Notes: generated by a model not told the origin, from the letters alone. DNA of 64,000 bases from Candidatus Cloacimonadales bacterium (GCA_963674825.1 OY771587.1:2304001-2368000); one strand, 5' to 3'; positions 40,354-50,406 are shown, counted from the first letter of the stretch. Numbers and translations are program-made.

Positions 40354-41717
40354 GTGATGTCGGCTCCTTTTTCCGTATTCTTTTCGATTGCGCGCACTTC
40401 GCAGTTCAGGTTACCGTCTCGAAGCTCGACCAGAATGGTGTCGCTGATGTTCGCCTGCTGAACGGAGCGCAGGATTTCGCCTGCCTTGCGGGTAATCGCA
40501 TAGCCGCGCTTGAGCACCTCGTTGGGCGAGAGTTCTTCCAGCAGCCCAGCTTGAATCTCGAGCGCTGTATGCTTTCTCTCCACGAGTCGCTCGGTGCTAT
40601 TGACCAGACGTGCGGTTAGTTTGTCAAGGCGGTATCTGCAATCGCGACAGAAACCTCCGGTAGCTGCTTTCATCGCGCTGCGGAATCGTTCCTGAATCAT
40701 CATGAGGTTGTTCTTGCGGGAATCGATCATCCTGCCGGTACGCAGCATGCGGTAGATGAGTTCGTCAAGCTGTTGCTGGTGCGTGTGTAGCTTCGTGAGT
40801 GGACTTGAGCGATCCAGCCGATTCTCGTGGTATTGCAGGAGGCGTTGCAGGCGATTGAGCCGGTCGCGAGTGATCAGGTTCATCTGGCGGAGATGTGCAT
40901 CGATGGTCTGCTGTACTTCGGTTCGATCGGGAACTGCGATTTCTGCCGCAGCCGATGGGGTGGGGGCCCGCAGGTCGCTGACAAAATCACAGATGGTGAA
41001 GTCGATTTCGTGCCCGACAGCGGATATCACCGGAATGAGGCAATCGAAAATGGTGCGTGCGAGCATCTCGTCGTTGAAGACGAAGAGATCTTCCTGTGTT
41101 CCACCGCCGCGTCCGATGATGATCACATCGACGTCGCTCTGTGAAAAGTAGCGGATACCTTCGATGAGGCTTCTTGGTGCTTCGTCGCCCTGCACCTTCG
41201 TGGGGTAGAGGACGACATCGCAGCTCCAGCGACGGGAGATGACGTTGCGGATATCCTGAAACGCCGCGCCGGTCGCGGAAGTGATGACGCCGATCTTCTG
41301 CGGATAGCGCGGAATGGGTTTCTTGTGCTCCTGATCAAACAGACCGTCTTCGGAGAGGCGACGCTTGAGTTCCTCGAAGCGTAACTGAAGGTCGCCCATG
41401 CCGTTGGGATACATACGCGTGACATTTAGCTGGTAACTGCCGCTCTTTTCATAGACACCGAGTTTGCCGCCGCAGATAACCTTGTCGCCGTCCTTGGGCT
41501 TGAAGTCAAGATAGCGATTCCAAGTCTTGAAAAAGACGCAGCGGATTGTGCTGCTTTCGTCCTTGAGCGAGAAGTACATATGCCCGGAAAAGTGGTTGGT
41601 GAAATTGGCGATCTCACCTTCCACGAACAGGTTCGGGATGTTTGTCTCGATCACGTTTTTCAGGTGCCGGTTGATTTCCGATACGCTGAAGATATTTTCT
41701 TCGCTGCTGAAGTTCAT
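40350..41717 (-). CDS. xseA: Exodeoxyribonuclease VII large subunit
   Basis: VEGEIANF, SGHMYFSLKD, GRGGG, SAVGHEIDFT, RAPTPSAAAE, LKRGYA. Confidence 0.96.
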   Translation of the reverse strand: MNFSSEENIFSVSEINRHLKNVIETNIPNLFVEGEIANFTNHFSGHMYFSLKDESSTIRCVFFKTWNRYLDFKPKDGDKVICGGKLGVYEKSGSYQLNVTRMYPNGMGDLQLRFEELKRRLSEDGLFDQEHKKPIPRYPQKIGVITSATGAAFQDIRNVISRRWSCDVVLYPTKVQGDEAPRSLIEGIRYFSQSDVDVIIIGRGGGTQEDLFVFNDEMLARTIFDCLIPVISAVGHEIDFTICDFVSDLRAPTPSAAAEIAVPDRTEVQQTIDAHLRQMNLITRDRLNRLQRLLQYHENRLDRSSPLTKLHTHQQQLDELIYRMLRTGRMIDSRKNNLMMIQERFRSAMKAATGGFCRDCRYRLDKLTARLVNSTERLVERKHTALEIQAGLLEELSPNEVLKRGYAITRKAGEILRSVQQANISDTILVELRDGNLNCEVRAIEKNTEKGADIT

Positions 41718-41751
41718 GTTGTTGCTCTTACCGGTGGAGCGTTTCTCCTTT

Positions 41752-42978
41752 TTACCTCTTCCTGATAATCTTGCCTTCCGCCATCACCATCGATGGGAAC
41801 GCCGCCAGGTGCAATGGATTCTTGTCCCACACGATCAGACTGGCTATTTTACCGGGTTCAATGGTTCCGAGGATATCGTCGATTCCAAGGATTTTTGCAT
41901 TCTTCCATGTAATCATGGAGATGGCCTCTTCTTCGGACATTCCGTGGATGAGGAAGTATTTGAGCGTATCACGCAGGCAGATGGTGTGGATCACGCTGTG
42001 ATCGGTCATTAAACCGTAGAACGCCTTGGATTTCATGAGCAGATGGGCGTTCTCGTAAAACGCGTGCTTGAGCTCGACTTTGTATCCAACGGTTCCCATG
42101 GGGCCGTACACGACTGGGATTCCGGCCTTTGCAAGTTCGTCGAATGTGTCTTTATTGAAGACGTCCGCGGTGTGATCAGCAGTAGCTTTCAGGCCGTACT
42201 TTTTCACGAGGTGGATCAGGTACATCACATCGTCGTCTTTATGTACGTGAACTTTTGCGATCTTCTCGCCACTCAGCAGCTCCAGGATGGCTTTGTCTTC
42301 ATTGGTAAATTCGAAATCGTACTCGCGATCGATCACCGATTTCTCGTAGTCGTATTCCTTCTTTGATAGCTTCTTCTCTTTCTTCTTGCTCTCGAGCTCA
42401 TTCAGCTTCTTTTCTTTGGCCAGATCGGCTTTCGCTTTCTTTTGCAGGACGCCGTCAAATTTCTTTTCCAGCATCATATAGACACCCATACGCGTGTTGG
42501 GACGCTCGCCTTTCCAGTCGGTAGTGGAGCGTGGATTGAAGCCCAGCGCCATCTTGTAGCCGTAATGTTTGATCATCGCGTCCTTGCGATTTTTCACGAA
42601 GTTGCGAATGATCATCGCTTTGCCGCCCAGTAGGTTACCACTTCCCGGAACGAGGCAGCTGTACAGGATACCAAAATCGACAGCGTCCTTGAAGGCGCGG
42701 TCATCGTAGTAGATGCTGTCGATGGGATTGATCAGCGGTAGAAACTGGTTCGAGTGGTCGTTGGCTTCTTCTTCCTGATACGGCTCGCCATCGCGGTTCA
42801 TTCCGATGTGGGAGTGGGCGTCGATGAATCCAGGTGTAACAAAACCCTCGAAGTCATGCTTCTTCTGCTTGTCAGATACCTCGACGATCGTCGTGCCTTC
42901 GACGGTGATCCAGCGGTTCTCCTGCTTTGTCTTTCCGTCAAAAAGCATAGTTGCCTTGATAACCGTTTGCTTTGCCAT
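41752..42978 (-). CDS. Metal-dependent amidohydrolase
   Basis: PGFIDAHSHIG, KMALG.NP, TRMG, TDH, GTIEPGKIA. Confidence 0.88.
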   Translation of the reverse strand: MAKQTVIKATMLFDGKTKQENRWITVEGTTIVEVSDKQKKHDFEGFVTPGFIDAHSHIGMNRDGEPYQEEEANDHSNQFLPLINPIDSIYYDDRAFKDAVDFGILYSCLVPGSGNLLGGKAMIIRNFVKNRKDAMIKHYGYKMALGFNPRSTTDWKGERPNTRMGVYMMLEKKFDGVLQKKAKADLAKEKKLNELESKKKEKKLSKKEYDYEKSVIDREYDFEFTNEDKAILELLSGEKIAKVHVHKDDDVMYLIHLVKKYGLKATADHTADVFNKDTFDELAKAGIPVVYGPMGTVGYKVELKHAFYENAHLLMKSKAFYGLMTDHSVIHTICLRDTLKYFLIHGMSEEEAISMITWKNAKILGIDDILGTIEPGKIASLIVWDKNPLHLAAFPSMVMAEGKIIRKR

Positions 42979-43092
42979 ACGCATCTCCTTTTATTGCATT
43001 GTTGTTGCCTGAATACCGTGTAATTTCTCGATTGTCTCCTCGGGCAGATTTTGTCAATGAATCTGTTGGTGCTAACCATCGGAGCACCGTTG

Positions 43093-43140
43093 AAAAACTC
43101 ATGGCATCCCGAATCCAGAATGGAAATCAGGATGCCATGA
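43093..43140 (-). terminator. Terminator-like hairpin ending the TrmB operon
   Basis: TCATGGCATCC...GGATGCCATGA inverted repeat followed by GTTTTT on the minus strand. Confidence 0.65.
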
Positions 43141-43173
43141 ATAACAATTGTGAAATGGATTGAGATGGATAGC

Positions 43174-43389
43174 CTATTCTTCCTTCTTCTGCTGCTCCTT
43201 CATCTTCTTGAACATAACACCAAGTGGTGCCCAGATGAACAGCAAGTGCGTCGTTGCACCCATTGTCAGGATCATGTTGATCATGTGCTTATTAGGTGAG
43301 TCTTTCACGAGAATTGTAACTCCGATCATGACCGCACCCCAGATGATGGCACTGGAGATGATAAAGAAACCGACACTCTTTCCTTTCAT
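43174..43389 (-). CDS. Small two-TM membrane protein
   Basis: GGAGG RBS; two hydrophobic segments; Lys-rich tail. Confidence 0.75.
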   Translation of the reverse strand: MKGKSVGFFIISSAIIWGAVMIGVTILVKDSPNKHMINMILTMGATTHLLFIWAPLGVMFKKMKEQQKKEE

Positions 43390-43398
43390 GGTAACCTC

Positions 43399-44292
43399 CT
43401 ATCGCTGGATGGTTTTTATTCCTTTGTCGTTTAGGCGTTTGATGATTCCATCGTCTCCCACGAGGTGGAAGGAACCGACAATCACGAAATAGGTGTGTTT
43501 TTCTTTGTTGTTGGCGAACTTGATGATCTTGTCCGTCATTTCGCCGTCACGCTCGGTGAACAGCTTGTCATAATAAGCCATGATGCCGGGCAGGTCTTTG
43601 GAAAGCTCCTTCATTTTGCCCTTGGAGAGCTCGTCGAGTTTCTTCGCATCGCCGGTTTTCCATGCCTTGAGCAGCTCGCAGAATACGCTCTCGATCTCAT
43701 CGTAGTCCTCCAGGGAGTAATTCAGATAATCGACCTGAACACTATCCGGAAGTGAGCTTAGCATCTTGAGCTGTGACATCATGGTTTCAAGCTCGATGAT
43801 CTGCATGTTTTTCAGGTGTGCCTTGGCGAGGTAAACCATATCGACGCCTACTTCGGCTTTAAGCCCGAGTTTCTGCAGGATTCCCATACTGAGGCTAAGC
43901 GTGGCAAACCACGGACGGAACTTGTTCATCGTTGCCTGCGGAATACCCATGGTCTCGAATTTCTCGGTAAGTGAGCGGAATTCCTTGGGCTTAATCATAT
44001 TGCTGAGCAGCGTACCTTCGGGCAGGAATGCGTTTGCACCGATGAATTGCTGCATTTCTGCCTGATCGATCTGTGACGCGTCGAGCTCGACGACCAGCAC
44101 ATCCGATGCATCGAACGCTTCGTCGATCGCTTTATCGAGTGGGTAAGCCGATTCCGGCATCAGATGGATAGAACCCAGTATATAGACCTTGTTGTGTGTA
44201 CCTTTTACTTCGTACAGCATACTCTCTGCAGACAGAAGTGTCACCAGTGTCAGCAGCATGATGAGCAATAGCGCTTTTCTCATCTTTTTCAT
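43399..44292 (-). CDS. TraB/GumN-family exported protein
   Basis: Signal peptide; YILGSIH, RPW, GVD, LET...Q, VGSFHLVG. Confidence 0.9.
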   Translation of the reverse strand: MKKMRKALLLIMLLTLVTLLSAESMLYEVKGTHNKVYILGSIHLMPESAYPLDKAIDEAFDASDVLVVELDASQIDQAEMQQFIGANAFLPEGTLLSNMIKPKEFRSLTEKFETMGIPQATMNKFRPWFATLSLSMGILQKLGLKAEVGVDMVYLAKAHLKNMQIIELETMMSQLKMLSSLPDSVQVDYLNYSLEDYDEIESVFCELLKAWKTGDAKKLDELSKGKMKELSKDLPGIMAYYDKLFTERDGEMTDKIIKFANNKEKHTYFVIVGSFHLVGDDGIIKRLNDKGIKTIQR

Positions 44293-45155
44293 GAATTATT
44301 CCTCCTGAATAGATTCTTCTCTGTTTTTACGAAATATTCGAAATTGATCTGAAAACTATCGATCGATTTGCGGATCTCGGAGACGATGTCCTCGGGTGGG
44401 CGATTACTGAAGATAATGCCGTAAAGCTCGGATAGGTTCATCTCGTTCAGCATGCCATTATATAGGACGATCGAGATATACGGATCTCTGGTCCAGATGC
44501 AGTGCAGTAGATCCCGGCCATTGTGGTCGATCAGCGCGATCATGGCCTCGGAAGCGTCTTTGACAATCAGGAGCCAATGCCCCTTGAGTTCTTTCAGCAC
44601 GAGTTCGGAATTGACGGCGTAGATCTGGCGGATGTTCTCGAATTGACGACTGCAGTAGTTTTTGAGCGTGATCATGAGTTCATCGTTGCTCTTCTTGCGC
44701 AGATGCGGTTCTAAAACCTCCAGCGGAGCTGGAAAGCTGTCGATAAGAAGCTGGTGTTGTGCGCTTTCGATCATCGAGATTGCCTTCTCATAAGCAAGTT
44801 CCAGCGATTGCAGTTCGTAGATACCGGTTCTGGTTTCGTTAACCTCAAGCTTGCTTGCTTCGCGGATAATCTGATCGCGCTGGCGCTGGAATTCGCTCTC
44901 GAGCTTATTCAAGAATTCATTGGCCGGTACTGCTACGAAGATGGTTTTGCTTGTGGTATTGTCGCTAATCACCGCGCCTTTACTCTCCAAGCTCTTCAGC
45001 GCTTTGTAAGTGTTGGCGACCGGCTTGCCGATCTCAACGGCTATCTTGTAGCCGGTGTTTCGCTTGTTTTCAAGCAACCAGATATAGATGGTGGCTTCCA
45101 ATTCGTTCAGTCCCATCTCTCTGAGCAACCCGGTTAGTGTCTCGTGCGTATTCAT
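44289..45155 (-). CDS. TrmB-family transcriptional regulator
   Basis: MGLNELEATIYIWLL...TGYKIA...YKALKSLESKGAV winged HTH. Confidence 0.88.
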   Translation of the reverse strand: MNTHETLTGLLREMGLNELEATIYIWLLENKRNTGYKIAVEIGKPVANTYKALKSLESKGAVISDNTTSKTIFVAVPANEFLNKLESEFQRQRDQIIREASKLEVNETRTGIYELQSLELAYEKAISMIESAQHQLLIDSFPAPLEVLEPHLRKKSNDELMITLKNYCSRQFENIRQIYAVNSELVLKELKGHWLLIVKDASEAMIALIDHNGRDLLHCIWTRDPYISIVLYNGMLNEMNLSELYGIIFSNRPPEDIVSEIRKSIDSFQINFEYFVKTEKNLFRRNNS

Positions 45156-45169
45156 TCGCTCCTCTATGA

Positions 45170-45188
45170 TAGTAGCATCATGCTACTA
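45170..45188. promoter_or_regulatory. Perfect palindrome, likely TrmB auto-operator
   Basis: TAGTAGCAT-C-ATGCTACTA between a minus-strand TTGACA (45211-45216) and the trmB RBS. Confidence 0.7.
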
Positions 45189-45327
45189 ATATTTGGAAAT
45201 ATCCGAAACGTGTCAAGCAGAAAATGAATTGGGTGTTTTATGTGATGCCAGTTCGTTTTTTTTATTTGACGCCTAATTGCAGAATGTTAATATCGGCTGT
45301 AACAAATATAGAAAGGGAGGCATTGCG

Positions 45328-45747
45328 ATGCGAAGGCTACATTTGAGCGATAGAGACAAGAAGCTCGCCGGCGTATGCGGTGGTTTGGCCGAATCATTCG
45401 GAATCGGTTCAGATTATATGCGAATTATCTTCGTTGTGGCTACGATTCTGGGTGGCTACGGGATTATTGCCTATCTGGCATTGATGCTCATTCTTCCGCG
45501 TGAGAGTGATCCGCAGATTATCGATGTGGAGCCTATCCCCGAGGACGATGGTGGCGAGAAGAAGAAAGACCGTCTGTATCGTACGGCGAATGATAAAATC
45601 ATCGCGGGAGTATGCGGTGGCGTGGCAAAGTATACAGGTTGGGATGTCAGTTTCGTACGGCTGGGTTTCATCATTCTTGGGTTCGCGTCCGGGGTCGGCG
45701 TGATTCTCTATCTCATCATGTGGCTCGTGATGCCATTGGCTGATTAG
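45328..45747 (+). CDS. pspC: Tandem PspC-domain protein
   Basis: Two copies of DK.(L/I)AGVCGG.A...Y...(W/L) followed by TM segments. Confidence 0.88.
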   Translation: MRRLHLSDRDKKLAGVCGGLAESFGIGSDYMRIIFVVATILGGYGIIAYLALMLILPRESDPQIIDVEPIPEDDGGEKKKDRLYRTANDKIIAGVCGGVAKYTGWDVSFVRLGFIILGFASGVGVILYLIMWLVMPLAD

Positions 45748-45748
45748 T

Positions 45749-46255
45749 ATGACAGATAACGTTACTGGAAGAAAAGCGATTCTCGCAACGTTATGCTACG
45801 TGCGCAATGAGGATCGCACCTTGATGCTGTTTCGCAACCGCAAGAAAGACGACATCCATAAGCAGAAATGGAATGGGCTGGGCGGTAAATTCGAACCCGG
45901 TGAATCACCGGAAGAATGTGCTATCCGTGAGGTGTACGAGGAATCGGGTCTGACAGTCAATAACCCTTACATGCGCGGTGTACTTACCTTCCCGCTCTTC
46001 GATGGCATAAACGACTGGTATGTATACCTTTTTGAGATGCATGATTTCAACGGTGATCTGATCGAATCTCCTGAGGGTGAGCTGGAATGGATTCCGAACG
46101 AGAAATTGCTCGACCTGAATCTATGGGAAGGCGATAAAATATTCCTGAAATGGTTGGGCAAACCGGGATTTTATTCTGGCGTGTTTCGATATGAAGATGG
46201 CGTCTTAATGTGCTGGAATGTAGAAGAATACGGCGATATCTCCGCGACTGAATAG
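45749..46255 (+). CDS. Nudix hydrolase, 8-oxo-dGTPase (MutX-like)
   Basis: GGKFEPGESPEECAIREVYEESGL Nudix box; EGELEW; LWEGD. Confidence 0.9.
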   Translation: MTDNVTGRKAILATLCYVRNEDRTLMLFRNRKKDDIHKQKWNGLGGKFEPGESPEECAIREVYEESGLTVNNPYMRGVLTFPLFDGINDWYVYLFEMHDFNGDLIESPEGELEWIPNEKLLDLNLWEGDKIFLKWLGKPGFYSGVFRYEDGVLMCWNVEEYGDISATE

Positions 46256-46309
46256 CACGAACAATCGAAAAAAAACTTCTCCGCGTGAAATTTTTCCGTC
46301 ACAAAATAT

Positions 46310-46337
46310 TTGACATTATGAAATAAATAAATATCAT
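46310..46337 (+). promoter_or_regulatory. Sigma70-type promoter of trxA
   Basis: TTGACA-16-TATCAT. Confidence 0.65.
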
Positions 46338-46364
46338 GTCTCAAAAATGAGATAAGGAGATATC

Positions 46365-46733
46365 ATGGAACACCTGACATTGGATACATTCAAACAAAAA
46401 GTTTTCGATTTCGAGAGCGGCAAAGAATGGAACTATCTCGGTGACAAACCCGCTATCATCGACTTCTACGCAGATTGGTGCGCCCCGTGCCGGATGGTTG
46501 CGCCTGTGCTGGAAGAATTATCGGGAGAATACGGTGAGAAGCTTGCGATCTACAAGATCAATACCGAAGAACAGCAGCAGCTGGCTGGTATGTTCGGTAT
46601 TCAGAGCATCCCTTCACTGCTTTTCATCCCGAAGGACGGGCAGCCTCAGATGGCGATGGGTGCATTACCCAAGAAGACATTCCACGAAATTATCAAGGAT
46701 GTCTTGAAACTCGATCCTCCCGCCGAGGCGTAA
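46365..46733 (+). CDS. trxA: Thioredoxin
   Basis: DFYADWCAPC, IQSIPSL. Confidence 0.95.
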   Translation: MEHLTLDTFKQKVFDFESGKEWNYLGDKPAIIDFYADWCAPCRMVAPVLEELSGEYGEKLAIYKINTEEQQQLAGMFGIQSIPSLLFIPKDGQPQMAMGALPKKTFHEIIKDVLKLDPPAEA

Positions 46734-46763
46734 ACTTTCGCTGTATACCAGAAACGATGAGCG

Positions 46764-47198
46764 CTACTCAAGATGGGTAGCGCTCTTCGTTTTGTTTTGA
46801 TCAAATGCTTTTATATGCGCGGCGTACTTCTGGTCCGAGTCATTTATATGCGCCAATAACCACTCGGTCAGGAAGCTGATCAGCTTGATCGCCAGATCCG
46901 GTTTGGCAAGCTCGACGTCATTCCTGAGTTCTTCAACCTTGCTGGTGAATCTCTCATGTTCGACTTCATGTTGTTCCATTTGTGGATACGAGAATTCCTC
47001 AAACAACCGATGTTCCGATGAAAAATGCACTTGAGCGTAGTCAGATAGGTGACGAATGGATTGATCGAGCACATCATTCTCAATTCCGCTGCTAACCGAA
47101 TCGTAAACATCATTGATTATTCGAATCAGAATCTGGTGTTGCTGGTCTATTTCAGGTATTCCCACGATTAGATTGCTGTCCCATTTTACTAGTGGCAT
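46764..47198 (-). CDS. Bacteriohemerythrin
   Basis: IDQQH, HFSSE, H...H, WLLAHI...D.KY. Confidence 0.9.
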   Translation of the reverse strand: MPLVKWDSNLIVGIPEIDQQHQILIRIINDVYDSVSSGIENDVLDQSIRHLSDYAQVHFSSEHRLFEEFSYPQMEQHEVEHERFTSKVEELRNDVELAKPDLAIKLISFLTEWLLAHINDSDQKYAAHIKAFDQNKTKSATHLE

Positions 47199-47254
47199 GT
47201 ATTAAACCCCACTGATATCATGTGGTTACCAATCTTGGTGAATCGGATTGATTG

Positions 47255-47662
47255 TCAGCGCAATCCTTGTTCATTGAAGAAGTCCGAGTATTTCTGATCG
47301 ACAGTTTTTATATGGTTGACCAGCCAGTCCTTTAGAAGCGTCATGACTTTGATCGAGAGGCCCATGCTGCCACTATCGAAATCAGTTTTGATCTGCTCGA
47401 TTTTTTTGATGAACGCCTTATGTTGATCGACATGAGCCGGAGCATCTGGGTAGCTGTACTGCTGGAAGAGCTGCTCTTCTGTTGAGAAATGAGTACGTGT
47501 GTAATCCAGCAAACCTTTCAGGATTTTTCCCATGATATCGTTTCCCTTTCCCGAACGCATGGCTTCGTGAAGGTCGTTGATCATGTCGAGCCATTTCTTG
47601 TGTTGATTGTCGATCATGGCTACTTTCACACTGAGTTTGTCATCCCATGCTACTAATGGCAT
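47255..47662 (-). CDS. Bacteriohemerythrin
   Basis: IDNQH, HFSTEE, H...H, WLVNHI...DQKY. Confidence 0.93.
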   Translation of the reverse strand: MPLVAWDDKLSVKVAMIDNQHKKWLDMINDLHEAMRSGKGNDIMGKILKGLLDYTRTHFSTEEQLFQQYSYPDAPAHVDQHKAFIKKIEQIKTDFDSGSMGLSIKVMTLLKDWLVNHIKTVDQKYSDFFNEQGLR

Positions 47663-47720
47663 ACGAATCCTCCTTTGGAAAAGTGTATTAGATGAAATTA
47701 CAATAAGATACTAATCAGGA

Positions 47721-47736
47721 ATTGACAGATGTCAAT
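47721..47736. promoter_or_regulatory. FNR/CRP-family-like box upstream of the hemerythrins
   Basis: A-TTGAC-AGAT-GTCAA-T, centred about -41 relative to a TAATTT -10 (47700-47695). Confidence 0.6.
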
Positions 47737-47900
47737 CTTAAAATAGTGGGATGGATCGCTTCTTGATAAATGCGGTTGCCGATATGCCACAAATCGAATG
47801 CGTTCATTATAATAAATGCGAATCAGTCGCTTCGGAAAAGATACATTGACAAATTTCCCTGTCTGATTTTCGTAACCAAAATTTTGAAAAGAGGTTGATT

Positions 47901-49100
47901 ATGGCGATCAAGATTGCCAACCGAGCGAAAGCGATCAAACCATCCCCCACTCTTTCCGTATCCAATAAAGCCACTGAACTGAAAAGTAAGGGCATTAATG
48001 TGATCAATTTTGGTGTGGGCGAACCCGATTTCGATACGCCTGACTACATCAAGGAAGCAGGTAAGAAAGCGATTGATGATAACTACACCCGTTATACTTC
48101 CGCCGCGGGATTTCCCGATCTGCGGGAGGCGATCTGCCGTAAGCTGAAAAACGAAAACAATCTCGAATACAAACCCTCAGAGATCCTGGTAACTCCAGGC
48201 GCGAAGACCGCGATCATGGAAATCCTGATGACAGTCTGCGATCCGAGAGACGAGGTGCTTATCCCGACACCATTCTGGGTAAGCTACATTTCTCAGGTCG
48301 ATCTTGTGGATGCTTTGCCTGTTTTGTTGCCTACAAGCCGTACGACCGGATTCAAGATAACCCCGGAGCAACTGGAAGAATCTATCCAAACTCATAGTAC
48401 GCCCAAGGTTGTGATCATCAATTCACCGAACAATCCTACCGGTATTGTATATACTCGCGAAGAGCTGGAAAAGATTGCAGAGGTATGCCTCCGACACAAT
48501 ATCATCATCATCTCGGACGAGATTTATGAGAAGCTGATCTACGACGGTGAAGAACACGTCTCTATAGCATCGCTTTCAAAGGAAGTCCGTGATAACACTA
48601 TCGTGATCAACGGTGTTTCCAAGGCGTATGCCATGACCGGTTGGCGCGTGGGTTATGCCGCAGCGAACGAAGACATCATCAAGCGTGCTGGACGAATCCA
48701 GGGTCATCTGACATCTTGTGTCAATTCCGTGGCTCAGCGTGCGGCACTTGTGGCGATGAGTGAAGATGATGGCTCGACAGAGGCAATGCGGAAGGTGTTC
48801 GAGGAGCGCCGGAACTATCTGGTCCATCGCCTGAATGGTATGAAGAATATTACCTGCGCGATGCCAAAGGGTGCGTTCTATGCGATGCCCAATGTCTCGT
48901 ATTATCTCTTCAACAACAAGAAGAATATTACCAACTCCGTCGAGCTCTGCGAGTACCTGATCGACAACTTCCATGTTGCGTTGGTGCCCGGTTCAGCATT
49001 TGGAGCCGACCGCTATATCCGTTTCTCCTACGCCAACAGCATGGAGAACATCGAAGAAGGGCTCAACCGCTTTGAGGCGGGATTGCTGAGTCTTATCTGA
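47901..49100 (+). CDS. Class I/II PLP aminotransferase (aspartate aminotransferase-like)
   Basis: GEPDFDTP, NSPNNPTG, SDEIY, SKAYAMTGWRVG. Confidence 0.95.
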   Translation: MAIKIANRAKAIKPSPTLSVSNKATELKSKGINVINFGVGEPDFDTPDYIKEAGKKAIDDNYTRYTSAAGFPDLREAICRKLKNENNLEYKPSEILVTPGAKTAIMEILMTVCDPRDEVLIPTPFWVSYISQVDLVDALPVLLPTSRTTGFKITPEQLEESIQTHSTPKVVIINSPNNPTGIVYTREELEKIAEVCLRHNIIIISDEIYEKLIYDGEEHVSIASLSKEVRDNTIVINGVSKAYAMTGWRVGYAAANEDIIKRAGRIQGHLTSCVNSVAQRAALVAMSEDDGSTEAMRKVFEERRNYLVHRLNGMKNITCAMPKGAFYAMPNVSYYLFNNKKNITNSVELCEYLIDNFHVALVPGSAFGADRYIRFSYANSMENIEEGLNRFEAGLLSLI

Positions 49101-49107
49101 TCGCGTC

Positions 49108-49311
49108 ATGCGGGAAATAAAAGACCGAATATTTGAACGATATTCGCAAATAAGGAAGAGCCGTACGGAGATCTGGGGTAGCTGGATCAAGAAGGTCATT
49201 CTGTTGATTTTCGTGCTGGCACTCTTCAAATACCTCGGTCTCGGCAAGGGGCTGCGGACGTTTTTCTGGGGTGAATCCCCCACAACAACGGAAGAAGTGA
49301 GGAAACCATGA
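49108..49311 (+). CDS. Small single-TM hypothetical protein
   Basis: Fills the operon gap; 4-nt overlap with the next gene. Confidence 0.55.
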   Translation: MREIKDRIFERYSQIRKSRTEIWGSWIKKVILLIFVLALFKYLGLGKGLRTFFWGESPTTTEEVRKP

Positions 49312-50204
49312 ATTTGCTAATCATTGGATCGGTAGCGAAGGACTCTATTCGCACACCATTCGGCGAGGTTGAAGATATCCTCGGCGGATCGACTGTCTAT
49401 GCGTCGATGTCGGCGTCCAATTTTTGCCCGGTTCGAATCGTCGGCGTTGTGGGTGAGGATTTTGAACAAGCCCATCTGGATCTGCTTTCCGGTCGTGGTG
49501 TTGACACCTGCGGAATAGATATTGTTGCGGGGGAAACCTTCCGGTGGAAGGGGTATTACGATGATCTCAACGCAGCGCAGACGCTAGATACGCAGCTCAA
49601 CGTGTTTGCCGGATTCAATCCGGTTCTTCCTGAGAAGTTCAAAGACAGCGAAGTAGTGCTGCTTGGTAACATTCAACCGTCTCTTCAGCTTGCAGTACTG
49701 GATCAGATCGAAACCCCGAAGCTGGTCGCCTGCGATACAATGAACTTTTGGATCGAAGGTGCACGAGAAGAGCTCGAAGCCGTGATCCGTCGTGTAGATA
49801 TTCTTTTCATCAACGAAGACGAACTGAAGATGCTTACCGGTGTTGGCAATATCTATAAGGCATCCCGCAAAGCGCTCGAATACGGCCTCAAATACGTGGT
49901 CGTGAAACGCGGCGAATACGGCTCTCTGGTTGTCGGCGAAAACATGCTGTTCTCCGTGCCGGTATATCCGGTGGAGCGCGTCGTCGATCCGACTGGCGCT
50001 GGCGATTCATTTGCCGGTGGTTTCCTGGGATATCTTACCGAACGGGGCGAGTTCACTGAAGGTGCTATCAAGCATGCAATGATCTATGGGACTGTCTGTG
50101 CATCGTTGAACATCGAAGATTTCAGTATCCGGATTCTTCAGGAATCTACCCGGGACGAAATCGAGGCAAGAAGAGACGCGCTCACAAAAATAATTGCATT
50201 ATGA
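49308..50204 (+). CDS. PfkB-family sugar/nucleoside kinase
   Basis: DTMNFWI, VKRGEYG, DPTGAGDSFAGG. Confidence 0.93.
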   Translation: MNLLIIGSVAKDSIRTPFGEVEDILGGSTVYASMSASNFCPVRIVGVVGEDFEQAHLDLLSGRGVDTCGIDIVAGETFRWKGYYDDLNAAQTLDTQLNVFAGFNPVLPEKFKDSEVVLLGNIQPSLQLAVLDQIETPKLVACDTMNFWIEGAREELEAVIRRVDILFINEDELKMLTGVGNIYKASRKALEYGLKYVVVKRGEYGSLVVGENMLFSVPVYPVERVVDPTGAGDSFAGGFLGYLTERGEFTEGAIKHAMIYGTVCASLNIEDFSIRILQESTRDEIEARRDALTKIIAL

Positions 50205-50406
50205 TTGAAACGAGATATCTTATCTATGAATTAGTGCGTAAACGAAACCTCTATCCTCTCAACTGTCATATAACTGCCATGACTGCGCGTCGTGGAACAT
50301 CCTCCGCGATTACATATGTCGAGCCTTGTGCGAAAGGTAATTTCGATGCTGTGTAATGGTCTGGAGGTTTTTCTTTATCCGGAAATACCTGTTCAGGAGA
50401 AATATA

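Noticed and set aside
40350..41717. xseA without adjacent xseB
   Set aside because: The two genes are often unlinked; not informative.
42340..42445. Lys/Glu-rich low-complexity stretch in the amidohydrolase
   Set aside because: An in-frame coiled-coil insertion at a variable position; no DNA-level repeat.
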